The notes below the pieces were generated by a model. It saw only the letters and a program-made list of their open reading frames with translations. It was not told the DNA's origin and made no database searches. This document shows, piece by piece, positions 24,000 to 31,501 of a stretch of DNA of 32,000 bases. The DNA is from Candidatus Thorarchaeota archaeon. GTDB taxonomy: Archaea; Asgardarchaeota; Thorarchaeia; Thorarchaeales; Thorarchaeaceae. Position 1 is the stretch's first letter, and each line of letters opens with the position of its first letter. Both the position numbers and the translations under genes were made by a program. The stretch is from contig PRDJ01000026.1 in NCBI GenBank assembly GCA_003345555.1, positions 9,864 through 41,863 on the forward strand. The letters run 5' to 3'.

Positions 24000-25184
24000 A
24001 TGCTCGAACTGAAACCCGAAGAGAAGGCCATGCTTGAAGGACGGCAAGGCAAGGCCACCCGAAAAGCGATGGAAATAATCACATTGCTTGGAGAGATATA
24101 TGGTGCAAAGAGACTGATTCCCGTCTCTAGCGTACAGATTGCAGGAGTCTCCTATGACAATCTCGGAGAGCCAGGTCTGGAGTTCCTTTCGGACATGGCA
24201 GTCGACGGCAAGGCGCGAGTGTTGACCACACTCAACCCTGCAGGAATGGACTTGGAGGAATGGCAGAAACACGGAATAAATGCCGACTTTGCCCGGAACC
24301 AACAGAGAGTCATAGATGCCTTTGCCAAGATGGGGGTTATGACGACGTGCACATGCACACCCTATCTCGTTGGTAATCTTCCTCACTTCGGGGAGCACGT
24401 GGCTTGGGCTGAATCATCAGCAGTCTGTTTTGCTAACTCCGTCATAGGAGCCCGGACCAACAGGGAGGGCGGGCCCAGTGCTCTTGCTGCATCTCTCACA
24501 GGCGTAACTGCCGAATATGGGCTTCACCTTGATGAAAACAGGGTAGCCGAGGTCAAGTACGACGTGCGGACGAGGCTGAAGACCACTGACGACTTCGGGC
24601 TTCTCGGCCAAGTAATTGGTGAAAGAACAAAACAGGCCATACCCTACATAACTGGAATCTCGCATGCTACAACAGAAGACCTGATGTCATTCTCTGCTTC
24701 AGTCGCGACCTATGGTGGGGTTGCTATGTTCCATATGGAAGACATCACCCCAAGAACGACGACAGTGCCAGAAAAGGTGCAAATCATCACACAAGAAGAT
24801 CTGAGTAATGCACGTAGAGCACTCGACGACAAGGACGCTGTCATTGATTTCATCAGCATTGGTTGTCCCCATGCCAGCATAGACGAGATATCTCACATTG
24901 CCAATATGCTGGACGGCAAGAGAGTGAAGAAAGGAAAGACTGTGTGGATTACAACAGCTCGACCCACGAAAGACTTGGCAGTCAGAATGGGCTACTATGA
25001 TAAAATAGAGAAAGCCGGTGCATTCCTCGTGAGCGACGCGTGTTGTGCAGTTGCACCCTTGAAAGGACGCTTCACGGGTTTGATGACCGACTCTGCAAAG
25101 GCCTGCTTCTATGCACGGGGCAAGAACAAGTTCAAGACGGAAATTCGAACCATCGACGAGTGCATTAGGGAGGCGGTCGTGTGA
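24000..25184 (+). CDS. Aconitase X catalytic subunit; by context, phosphomevalonate dehydratase large subunit
   Basis: TTLNPAG, CTCTPY, AWAESSA, GARTNREGG, IGCPH, DACC (three Fe-S Cys positions). Confidence 0.88.
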   Translation: MLELKPEEKAMLEGRQGKATRKAMEIITLLGEIYGAKRLIPVSSVQIAGVSYDNLGEPGLEFLSDMAVDGKARVLTTLNPAGMDLEEWQKHGINADFARNQQRVIDAFAKMGVMTTCTCTPYLVGNLPHFGEHVAWAESSAVCFANSVIGARTNREGGPSALAASLTGVTAEYGLHLDENRVAEVKYDVRTRLKTTDDFGLLGQVIGERTKQAIPYITGISHATTEDLMSFSASVATYGGVAMFHMEDITPRTTTVPEKVQIITQEDLSNARRALDDKDAVIDFISIGCPHASIDEISHIANMLDGKRVKKGKTVWITTARPTKDLAVRMGYYDKIEKAGAFLVSDACCAVAPLKGRFTGLMTDSAKACFYARGKNKFKTEIRTIDECIREAVV

Positions 25185-25573
25185 AACTCCAAGGAAGAAA
25201 GGTCTTTAGAGGAAAGGTTGCAGGCGAGGCTCTGGTGACCACTCAGGATATCTCGTTCTACGGAGGATGCGATCCACAGACAGGGCAGATTGTGGAAAAG
25301 GGGCACGAACTTGAAGGAAAGTCTGTGGCTGGGAAGGTGTTGGTTTTTCCAACGGGCAAGGGTTCGACTGTCGGTTCATACATTCTCTATGCCCTCCGCA
25401 AGAACGGAAAGGCGCCTCTTGCGATTGTAAACAAGATAGTTGACCCAGTTGTCGCCGTGGGGTGCATAATATCCGAGATTCCCGCAGTCGACCAAGTGCA
25501 AATCGATAGGCTGCACTCCGGGCAGAAAGTTGAGGTGGACGCCGATCACGGCGCTGTCTCAACTTCGGGCTAA
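25181..25573 (+). CDS. Aconitase X swivel subunit (DUF126); phosphomevalonate dehydratase small subunit
   Basis: GTGA overlap with the large subunit. Contains ISFYGG.DP.TG and GKGSTVGS. Confidence 0.9.
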   Translation: MKLQGRKVFRGKVAGEALVTTQDISFYGGCDPQTGQIVEKGHELEGKSVAGKVLVFPTGKGSTVGSYILYALRKNGKAPLAIVNKIVDPVVAVGCIISEIPAVDQVQIDRLHSGQKVEVDADHGAVSTSG

Positions 25574-25582
25574 TCAAACCTA

Positions 25583-26218
25583 CTAGAACCGCTGGACCTG
25601 AGGCTCAAAATCCTCGGGGGTGAAGGAGGGCTCGGCATCGGGGGCTAGGTCGCCCTTCTCTCTGAGAACTTGTCTTGTGATCAGGTAGTAGACAAGAGCA
25701 AGCGCCTTCCTTCCACGGTTGTTGGACGGGATGACAAGGTCGATGTTTGTCGTGACGTTGTCCGTGTCGCAGAGAGCGATGACTGGAATGCCAATCCTAG
25801 CAGCCTCGGACAGTGCTTGTTGGTCGGTACGAGGATCGGTCAGTATCAGGAGTTCGGGCTCCACATAGCTTCTTGGACCAGCGATGTTGGGATTTGTGAG
25901 CGTGCCGGGAACAAAGCGTTCAGTGAATGCATGTGCTCCGATATATCCTGAAAATGACTCCACAGGCCTCTTTCCGTATACACGTCCGGAGACGGCAACC
26001 ACCCGGTCGGGGTTGAATCTGTTTATGAACTTGCCAGCAGTCCTGATTCTCTCATCAGTCTTCCTTACATCTAGGACGTACAAGCCAATTGGGCGTTGTC
26101 TGTAGACAAACGGTTCCATGTCCTGTGTCTTCACTTGTGTCCCGATATGGCAACCCGCTGCAAGATACTTGTCCATCGGTGTCAGGAGCTCAACATCGGA
26201 TGCTTCGGCGTCGCTCAT
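25583..26218 (-). CDS. rps2: 30S ribosomal protein S2 (uS2)
   Basis: [37 protein letters not shown]. Confidence 0.97.
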   Translation of the reverse strand: MSDAEASDVELLTPMDKYLAAGCHIGTQVKTQDMEPFVYRQRPIGLYVLDVRKTDERIRTAGKFINRFNPDRVVAVSGRVYGKRPVESFSGYIGAHAFTERFVPGTLTNPNIAGPRSYVEPELLILTDPRTDQQALSEAARIGIPVIALCDTDNVTTNIDLVIPSNNRGRKALALVYYLITRQVLREKGDLAPDAEPSFTPEDFEPQVQRF

Positions 26219-26436
26219 GATTGCTTAGCCCCCGGAGACTCAGATGTTGCGAAGGCCATGAAGCTGTCTATCACATCCACATGTGAGAGCAACATTCTTC
26301 TACAGCAATACCTGTGCAGGCCCAATCTATCCAAGACCACGGCGGGGTCCTCGCCTTGACGGACCTCGCGCTTGAACTGCTCGTACTTGTCCGCTACAAC
26401 TTTCCCACACGTGAAGCATCTTACTGGGATAATCAT
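26215..26436 (-). CDS. rpoN: RNA polymerase subunit N (Rpo10)
   Basis: [14 protein letters not shown] and [13 protein letters not shown]. Confidence 0.97.
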   Translation of the reverse strand: MIIPVRCFTCGKVVADKYEQFKREVRQGEDPAVVLDRLGLHRYCCRRMLLSHVDVIDSFMAFATSESPGAKQS

Positions 26437-26448
26437 CTTACGATCACA

Positions 26449-26847
26449 TCACCTGTATGATTTCTGAAAACGGCTTCTTGCCGATGGGCCACCAAACTTC
26501 TTCGGCTCGGTGCGCCTAGGATCGCCCACAAGCATCGTCCTATCGTGTTCAATCATTCGGGAACGCGCTTCGAAATCCTGACTCATCTCGATCAGACCAG
26601 TGGCTACTGCCATTCTGGCAGCATCTGCTTGGCCCATGAAGCCGCCACCCCGAACGCTCACTCTTATGTCATACTTCGTCCAGCCTTCGCCAAACAACAG
26701 AAGTGGTTCCTGTATTCTCAATCGTGCAATATCGGGTTGCACGATTTCGAGCGGCTGTCCGTTTATTCGGATTCTTCCATTGCCGTCCCTAACAGTTGCT
26801 TTTGCCAAGGATGTCTTTCTCTTACCGGCAGTCACGACTATGCGCAC
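26449..26847 (-). CDS. rps9: 30S ribosomal protein S9 (uS9)
   Basis: GKRKTS, GGGFMGQA, PKKFGGPSARSRFQKSYR. GTG start after GGAGGTGG. Confidence 0.96.
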   Translation of the reverse strand: MRIVVTAGKRKTSLAKATVRDGNGRIRINGQPLEIVQPDIARLRIQEPLLLFGEGWTKYDIRVSVRGGGFMGQADAARMAVATGLIEMSQDFEARSRMIEHDRTMLVGDPRRTEPKKFGGPSARSRFQKSYR

Positions 26848-26848
26848 T

Positions 26849-27316
26849 TCATTCCACCTCCAAGCTCGTCCAGCCAAGCTCTTCGCTAAGGTCGCCGATG
26901 GTCACACACTTGCGTCGAGGGCTGCTGTAACGCAACTTCTCAAGCACGATTTTCTCGGTTTCCGCATATTCTTTCGGAACGCCCATGAAAACCTGGATAC
27001 GTTTGTATGCGTCCATAGCCCGGGACGTAGACCAAGGAAGCATGCCGCGTACCATTCTGCGGAACATCTTGTCTGGGCGCTTCTGATGAAGTGGACCCTT
27101 CTCCGGTTTGGTCGATGTCTTAATCTTGCGTCTTAACTTGTAAGCATCAATGACTGTCTTCCTATCACCGGTGATTACGGCCTTCTCTATGTTCACAACA
27201 ACAATCCGGTCTCCTTTTAGAGCGGCCTTCGCCACCGTCGCTCCGAGCCTTCCAGCGATCATGTTCTCTGCATCAAAGACCTTTGCCTTCTGCTCGCCCA
27301 TCGCAACCGCCTTCAT
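26849..27316 (-). CDS. rpl13: 50S ribosomal protein L13 (uL13)
   Basis: DAENMIAGRL, NIEKAVITG, RMVRGMLP. An alternative start lies at 27301. Confidence 0.96.
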   Translation of the reverse strand: MKAVAMGEQKAKVFDAENMIAGRLGATVAKAALKGDRIVVVNIEKAVITGDRKTVIDAYKLRRKIKTSTKPEKGPLHQKRPDKMFRRMVRGMLPWSTSRAMDAYKRIQVFMGVPKEYAETEKIVLEKLRYSSPRRKCVTIGDLSEELGWTSLEVE

Positions 27317-27675
27317 GTGATTATCAATACTCCCGTACCTTTAGGAACTCGATCAAGCAGCTCATCGATTGAAATCAGAACTCCGCCCGCATCTACAATC
27401 AGCGACCGAGCCGAGACAGAGGCATTCAGAGCAGCCACAGTCACCTTGTGTGTCAAACTGCCGGAACCCAACACCTTGCCCGGTATAACCACTATGTCAC
27501 CGTCACTTGTGTACCGGCCAATCTTGCCGACGTTCACAGCTGGGCGCATCCGAGCCGGACGAGATATCAGTTCGGCGACTCGTTTCCATATTCTGGCACC
27601 ATTCTTGTTGGATGTGCTTTTGAGCGCATTGATAAGCGCGCGTGTATTGGGGTCTGTTGGTCCAGTTCTAACCAC
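27313..27675 (-). CDS. rpl18e: 50S ribosomal protein L18e (eL18)
   Basis: RPAVNVGKI and VIPGKVLGSG. GTG start after GAGGTGG. Confidence 0.95.
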   Translation of the reverse strand: MVRTGPTDPNTRALINALKSTSNKNGARIWKRVAELISRPARMRPAVNVGKIGRYTSDGDIVVIPGKVLGSGSLTHKVTVAALNASVSARSLIVDAGGVLISIDELLDRVPKGTGVLIIT

Positions 27676-27686
27676 CTGTAGCCACC

Positions 27687-28487
27687 TCACAGTGAACCTG
27701 CAAACTCAAGGGCTTCCCGAACCCGTTCCTTAAGGATATCAGCTGCTCTCTCAACTATCTCGTCGGGAGGAAGTGCTCCTGAGGACTCGACCTTGAATAG
27801 AAAGCTATCCTTCTTGGAATCAATTGTGATGGCACCGGACTCGCACTCCTGAACACATGCTTCGCACATGCTGCAGTCGAGAGTGTTCTGAGTAGAGACT
27901 TTGTCACCATCTAGCTTGAGTATCTTCTTCGGGCAGGCTTCCACACATGCGCCGCAGCGGTCGCATTTTGTCTTGTCAACGCTGACCACTGGCACATATT
28001 TGTATGCTACCGTTGCGACAGGTTGGAACTTCGCATTCTCTGCACCAGTCCCAAGACGTGCGTATGCTTCAACAATCAACCTCTGATGTGGGGCCAGCTT
28101 TACAATGGGTATCTCTCCTGAAGCCGGGACCACCTTTGGGTCCTGTGATGAGAGATCTCGGGAGTAAACTACTGTCTCTTGGTCGCCGGCCTCTTTCTCA
28201 AGAGTAAGCGTGCACTGGCATAGACTGCAGCCCTTCCCCTCACAGTCACATTCCTGAGGGAGGTTGTAGTCGTCGAGCTTGGTTATTAGTGGTATAAGCC
28301 CGAGTCTATGGGCCAGCATTTCATCATACATGACGCTTGTGTTCTCAATTACGATAACTTCGTCTATAGCCATTGCAGGTAACCGTGTAAGCATAGTGCG
28401 TCTGAGCGCATTCGCAAACGCGACATCTACGCCTTCCACTAGGAAATGGATTGCATCACTTTGCTTGTGGATTATCGTGATTTCCAT
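27687..28487 (-). CDS. rpoD: RNA polymerase subunit D (Rpo3) with a ferredoxin-like domain
   Basis: FANALRR, LAHRLGLIPL, HAK-like NAKFQP, CDCEGKGCSLC, and two CxxCxxCxxxC motifs. ATG start after GGTGA. Confidence 0.96.
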   Translation of the reverse strand: MEITIIHKQSDAIHFLVEGVDVAFANALRRTMLTRLPAMAIDEVIVIENTSVMYDEMLAHRLGLIPLITKLDDYNLPQECDCEGKGCSLCQCTLTLEKEAGDQETVVYSRDLSSQDPKVVPASGEIPIVKLAPHQRLIVEAYARLGTGAENAKFQPVATVAYKYVPVVSVDKTKCDRCGACVEACPKKILKLDGDKVSTQNTLDCSMCEACVQECESGAITIDSKKDSFLFKVESSGALPPDEIVERAADILKERVREALEFAGSL

Positions 28488-28655
28488 CTTCTCACCTGAG
28501 AGCAGAGGCCTTCCTTTACCCAAAAGACACTGTTCCCGGACGGACTCGCTCAAGAACCTTATGGGCCCTTCAGCTCACTCGCCCGTGCCCTGGGTGTTCG
28601 AAACGGGACTTGACATCGCATAAAAGTATTGCTCTAAAGCTGCGAGACATGCTGC

Positions 28656-29153
28656 TCAGGAAGCCACCCGGCACATATTCCTGAGCTCGTTGATTATCAC
28701 CCTGTAACCGTTGACCCTCTGCTTTGGGTCGATTGCAACCATGCCGTACGTCGGCCAACCTAGGAGGTCTTGTACCGACTCGGGTTTCATCGCGCCGGGC
28801 AGGTCCTGCTTGTTGGCAATGACGATGATTTGTATCCCTGCGAGTACGTCCTTATACTTCTCAAGAAGCTGTCGAGTCCGCAGTACCTCCCGGGGGGTAC
28901 TATCAGTGACCACTACGACCATAATACTGCCTTTCAGAAGGTCAGGCCACAGAAATTCAAAATGCGACTGACCAGCCATTTCAACAAGTGAAACCTTCGT
29001 CGTGCTGTCGATGGTTATCGTGCCACAATCCATTCCGGCGGTAGGCACATAATTGGAGTCCAGTGTCGCCGTCCTGTCCGTGAGCAGCTTTATCAGAGTA
29101 GACTTGCCAGCATACCCCGATCCGAGTAGAGCAACCTTCACGTACTGAGTCAT
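28656..29153 (-). CDS. Ras-superfamily small GTPase (Asgard Arf/Rab-like type)
   Basis: G1 GSGYAGKS, G2 PTAG, G3 EMAGQ (Asp to Glu), G4 NKQD, G5-like MVA. 165 aa. Confidence 0.9.
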   Translation of the reverse strand: MTQYVKVALLGSGYAGKSTLIKLLTDRTATLDSNYVPTAGMDCGTITIDSTTKVSLVEMAGQSHFEFLWPDLLKGSIMVVVVTDSTPREVLRTRQLLEKYKDVLAGIQIIVIANKQDLPGAMKPESVQDLLGWPTYGMVAIDPKQRVNGYRVIINELRNMCRVAS

Positions 29154-29349
29154 CCGACGCGACTCCGATTTATGTTAAAGCAAATAGGCTTCGTTTGGCA
29201 TATCAGCTGTCGTGTTACTGTTGTATCACTCGCAGTGCTGCTTGTTTGGCTCCTCTTAACCTGAGCTATAGGGGCGAGGCCCGGGCTAGTCTGACCTCGA
29301 CAGAAGCGCTTAACTGTGGAAAGTAAGTCCCCCTTGGGGAGCTAACAGA

Positions 29350-30339
29350 ATGACCTTCTCCTGTCCTTCTACCGTCATAGTGGCGAAGAATGCGATAGAA
29401 AAGTTAGGCGAACTGCTACGCTCGTATCAGCATATAATCTGCGTCACGGACGAGATTATTCAGTTGGACTATGGGGAGAAGCTGAGGAGAATCATAGGCC
29501 TCGATCCAGAATGGGTGATGGCCTCAACTTACCAAGACAATACACCTGTCAATGAGAGTGCTGACATCATAGTAGGATTCGGCGGAGGGCGAAGTCTAGA
29601 TGTTGCAAAACTCTTAGCCGCGAGGACAGGACTTGAATGGATTTCTGTGCCCACGGCCGCGTCTCATGACGGTATCGCAAGTGAGGTTGCGTCTGTTACT
29701 CAAGACGGTTACAGGTATTCAAAGAGATGCAGAAGACCCAGTGCAATTGTCGCCGACTTATCAATCATGTTGAGGGCGCCGCCTAGACTAAGGCTTGCAG
29801 GAACTGGCGACATCCTTTCCAAGGCATCAAGCCTAGCGGAATGGCGGCTGGGAAATCACAAGAACGGTGAGCCTCTCAACGAGGAAGCATTCTCCTTGGT
29901 CAGCTCCGCCCTAGAATCGGTTCTGAAGAACAGCAGTCTGGAGACTCTGGTCAAAGCTGAGATAGACGCAGGAAGGGCGATGTGCATCGTCGGTAGCTCA
30001 AGACCGTGCTCAGGAACTGAACATGCGATTTCCCATGCGATGGAAAGGCGATATCAAGAACTACACGGACTTCAGGTGGCCTTTGCCACCCCACTGTGCC
30101 TTCACTATCTGAAGGATCTCGGGTATGCGAAATATGGGGCTAACGATCTACTCAGCCTGATGCGCAAGAGAGGGCTGCCAACTACCCTTGGCGAAATGAA
30201 CACAACCCCCGACTTGTTCATAGATGATGTCCACCATGCCCTAGAGATAATGAAGAAGAGAGACAGGTATTCTGTCCTGAAAGATGTTGAGGACGATGCT
30301 CTTTTGAAAGTCATCAGTGAACTGTACGAAATGCCTTAG
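29350..30339 (+). CDS. egsA: sn-glycerol-1-phosphate dehydrogenase
   Basis: GGGRSLD, PTAASHDGIAS, GDILSK, SRPCSGTEH..SH, LHGLQV. Confidence 0.92.
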   Translation: MTFSCPSTVIVAKNAIEKLGELLRSYQHIICVTDEIIQLDYGEKLRRIIGLDPEWVMASTYQDNTPVNESADIIVGFGGGRSLDVAKLLAARTGLEWISVPTAASHDGIASEVASVTQDGYRYSKRCRRPSAIVADLSIMLRAPPRLRLAGTGDILSKASSLAEWRLGNHKNGEPLNEEAFSLVSSALESVLKNSSLETLVKAEIDAGRAMCIVGSSRPCSGTEHAISHAMERRYQELHGLQVAFATPLCLHYLKDLGYAKYGANDLLSLMRKRGLPTTLGEMNTTPDLFIDDVHHALEIMKKRDRYSVLKDVEDDALLKVISELYEMP

Positions 30340-30359
30340 GCTTCGAGACTTGTTCGACA

Positions 30360-30368
30360 GTTTTAAAA
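30360..30368 (+). promoter_or_regulatory. TATA-like element upstream of the rpl7ae operon
   Basis: TTTTAAAA lies 20 nt after the egsA stop and about 85 nt before the rpl7ae ATG. Confidence 0.5.
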
Positions 30369-30419
30369 GAGGTCGTCATGAGAAGGACCGGGACGGCCTA
30401 GGAAGACGGTCGTCTGGAT

Positions 30420-30444
30420 TACCAATGAAGTGCTAACAGAGGTA
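30420..30444 (+). promoter_or_regulatory. Kink-turn in the rpl7ae 5' leader
   Basis: TACC-AAT-GA-A-GT-GCTA-AC-A-GA-GGTA gives a 4-bp C-stem, a 3-nt bulge, tandem G.A/A.G pairs and a short capped NC-stem. It ends 6 nt before the ATG. Confidence 0.75.
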
Positions 30445-30450
30445 TACTGG

Positions 30451-30822
30451 ATGCCAAAACCAAGTTTCGTCGAATGGGAAGCCACTGAAGAACTTCAGAA
30501 GAAAGCCCTAGAAGCCGTAGAGATTGCCAAAGATAGCGGCAGAATCAAGAAGGGGATTAATGAAACAACAAAGTCCATCGAACGTGGCATAGCACGCTTG
30601 GTGCTCGTCGCCGAGGATGTTGAGCCGCCCGAAGTGATTATGTATCTGCCCGGTCTCTGTGATGATAAGAAAGCTCCATACATCTTTGTGAAGAGTAAGA
30701 AGGATCTTGGCAATGCAGCAGGCATTGAACGCCCCACTGCAGCAATCGCAATCGTCGTCGAAGGAAAGTCAAAAGACTTAGTCACGGAGATTGTCGAGAA
30801 GATCGCCGCCCTGCGAAAGTAG
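30451..30822 (+). CDS. rpl7ae: 50S ribosomal protein L7Ae (eL8)
   Basis: KKGINETTKSIERG, AEDVEPPEV, LGNAAGI. Start is MPKP at 30451. Confidence 0.97.
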   Translation: MPKPSFVEWEATEELQKKALEAVEIAKDSGRIKKGINETTKSIERGIARLVLVAEDVEPPEVIMYLPGLCDDKKAPYIFVKSKKDLGNAAGIERPTAAIAIVVEGKSKDLVTEIVEKIAALRK

Positions 30823-30844
30823 ACTGGCAAGGTGATATCGTTCA

Positions 30845-31066
30845 ATGAGCAAAGAAGAGGAAGCTCTATCGATTCCTGCGGAGGTTATTCAACTACTGGG
30901 CAGGACTGGCGTGACTGGAGAGATAACTCAGGTGAGAGTTAAGATACTCGAAGGCCGCGACAAGGGGCGAGTACTGACTCGTAACGTCAAAGGCCCTGTT
31001 CGCATGGGAGATATCCTGATTCTTCGTGAGACCGAACGCGAAGCTCGTAAGATGAGGAGGCGTTAG
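30845..31066 (+). CDS. rps28e: 30S ribosomal protein S28e (eS28)
   Basis: [32 protein letters not shown]. Confidence 0.97.
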   Translation: MSKEEEALSIPAEVIQLLGRTGVTGEITQVRVKILEGRDKGRVLTRNVKGPVRMGDILILRETEREARKMRRR

Positions 31067-31068
31067 CC

Positions 31069-31266
31069 GTGGTCGGCATACAGAAATGTGTATTCTGTGG
31101 GAAGGACATTGAGCCGGGCACGGGTATGGCTTTTGTACAGACAAAAGATGGAACTGTGCTATGGTTCTGTTCGAATAAGTGCAAGGTCAGTCGGATTCGG
31201 CGAAGGATGAAGCCAAGACAGACCAAGTGGACCGCGGGCTACGAAAAAGGCGGAAAGCCAAAGTAG
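31069..31266 (+). CDS. rpl24e: 50S ribosomal protein L24e (eL24)
   Basis: CVFCGKDIEPGTG..FCSNKC..KWT. GTG start. Confidence 0.96.
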   Translation: MVGIQKCVFCGKDIEPGTGMAFVQTKDGTVLWFCSNKCKVSRIRRRMKPRQTKWTAGYEKGGKPK

Positions 31267-31368
31267 ACGATAGATGTAGAGCCTTCGGCCTTCTCAAGTA
31301 CGCGACAGTAGTCAAAACCATTCCGTAGGACTCGGTGTACTACGACCACGAATGATGGGTTCAAGACA

Positions 31369-31408
31369 AGAGGGGCGGCAGTCCCAACAAGCTGCGGCCC
31401 GCTCCTCT
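31369..31408. other. GC-rich hairpin between the convergent rpl24e and ndk genes
   Basis: AGAGGGGCGG / CCGCTCCTCT (10 bp, one G.U) with an inner GCAG/CTGC. Function is unknown. Confidence 0.45.
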
Positions 31409-31501
31409 CTGCTAGTTCTGTTGGATCATTTCATCCAGTTCACAGCGATGTGCTGTGCTAATAGTCATGTTACTTGTGCACGAGTCTAGGGCTTGGAAAA
31501 C

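Noticed and set aside
28656-28673. GTPase C-terminus CRVAS as a CaaX prenylation signal
   Set aside because: The Cys is at -5, not -4, the residues do not fit CaaX, and protein prenylation is not established in archaea.
29172-29264. 30-codon hydrophobic ORF MLKQIGFVWH...VWLLLT
   Set aside because: Its start overlaps the probable GTPase promoter, and there is no room for its own promoter or SD. It is probably chance, though tBLASTn could revive it.
30386-30411. Second K-turn in the rpl7ae leader (GACCG/CGGTC stem with GA pairs)
   Set aside because: The bulge is 1 nt rather than 3 and the second stem is poor. It is treated as a plain hairpin.
31345-31410. Hairpin as a SECIS element, or TGA read-through (selenocysteine) in nearby genes
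   Set aside because: The TGA stops I checked fall at normal protein ends, rpl24e and ndk end in TAG, and no AUGA/GA SECIS core is positioned in the stem.
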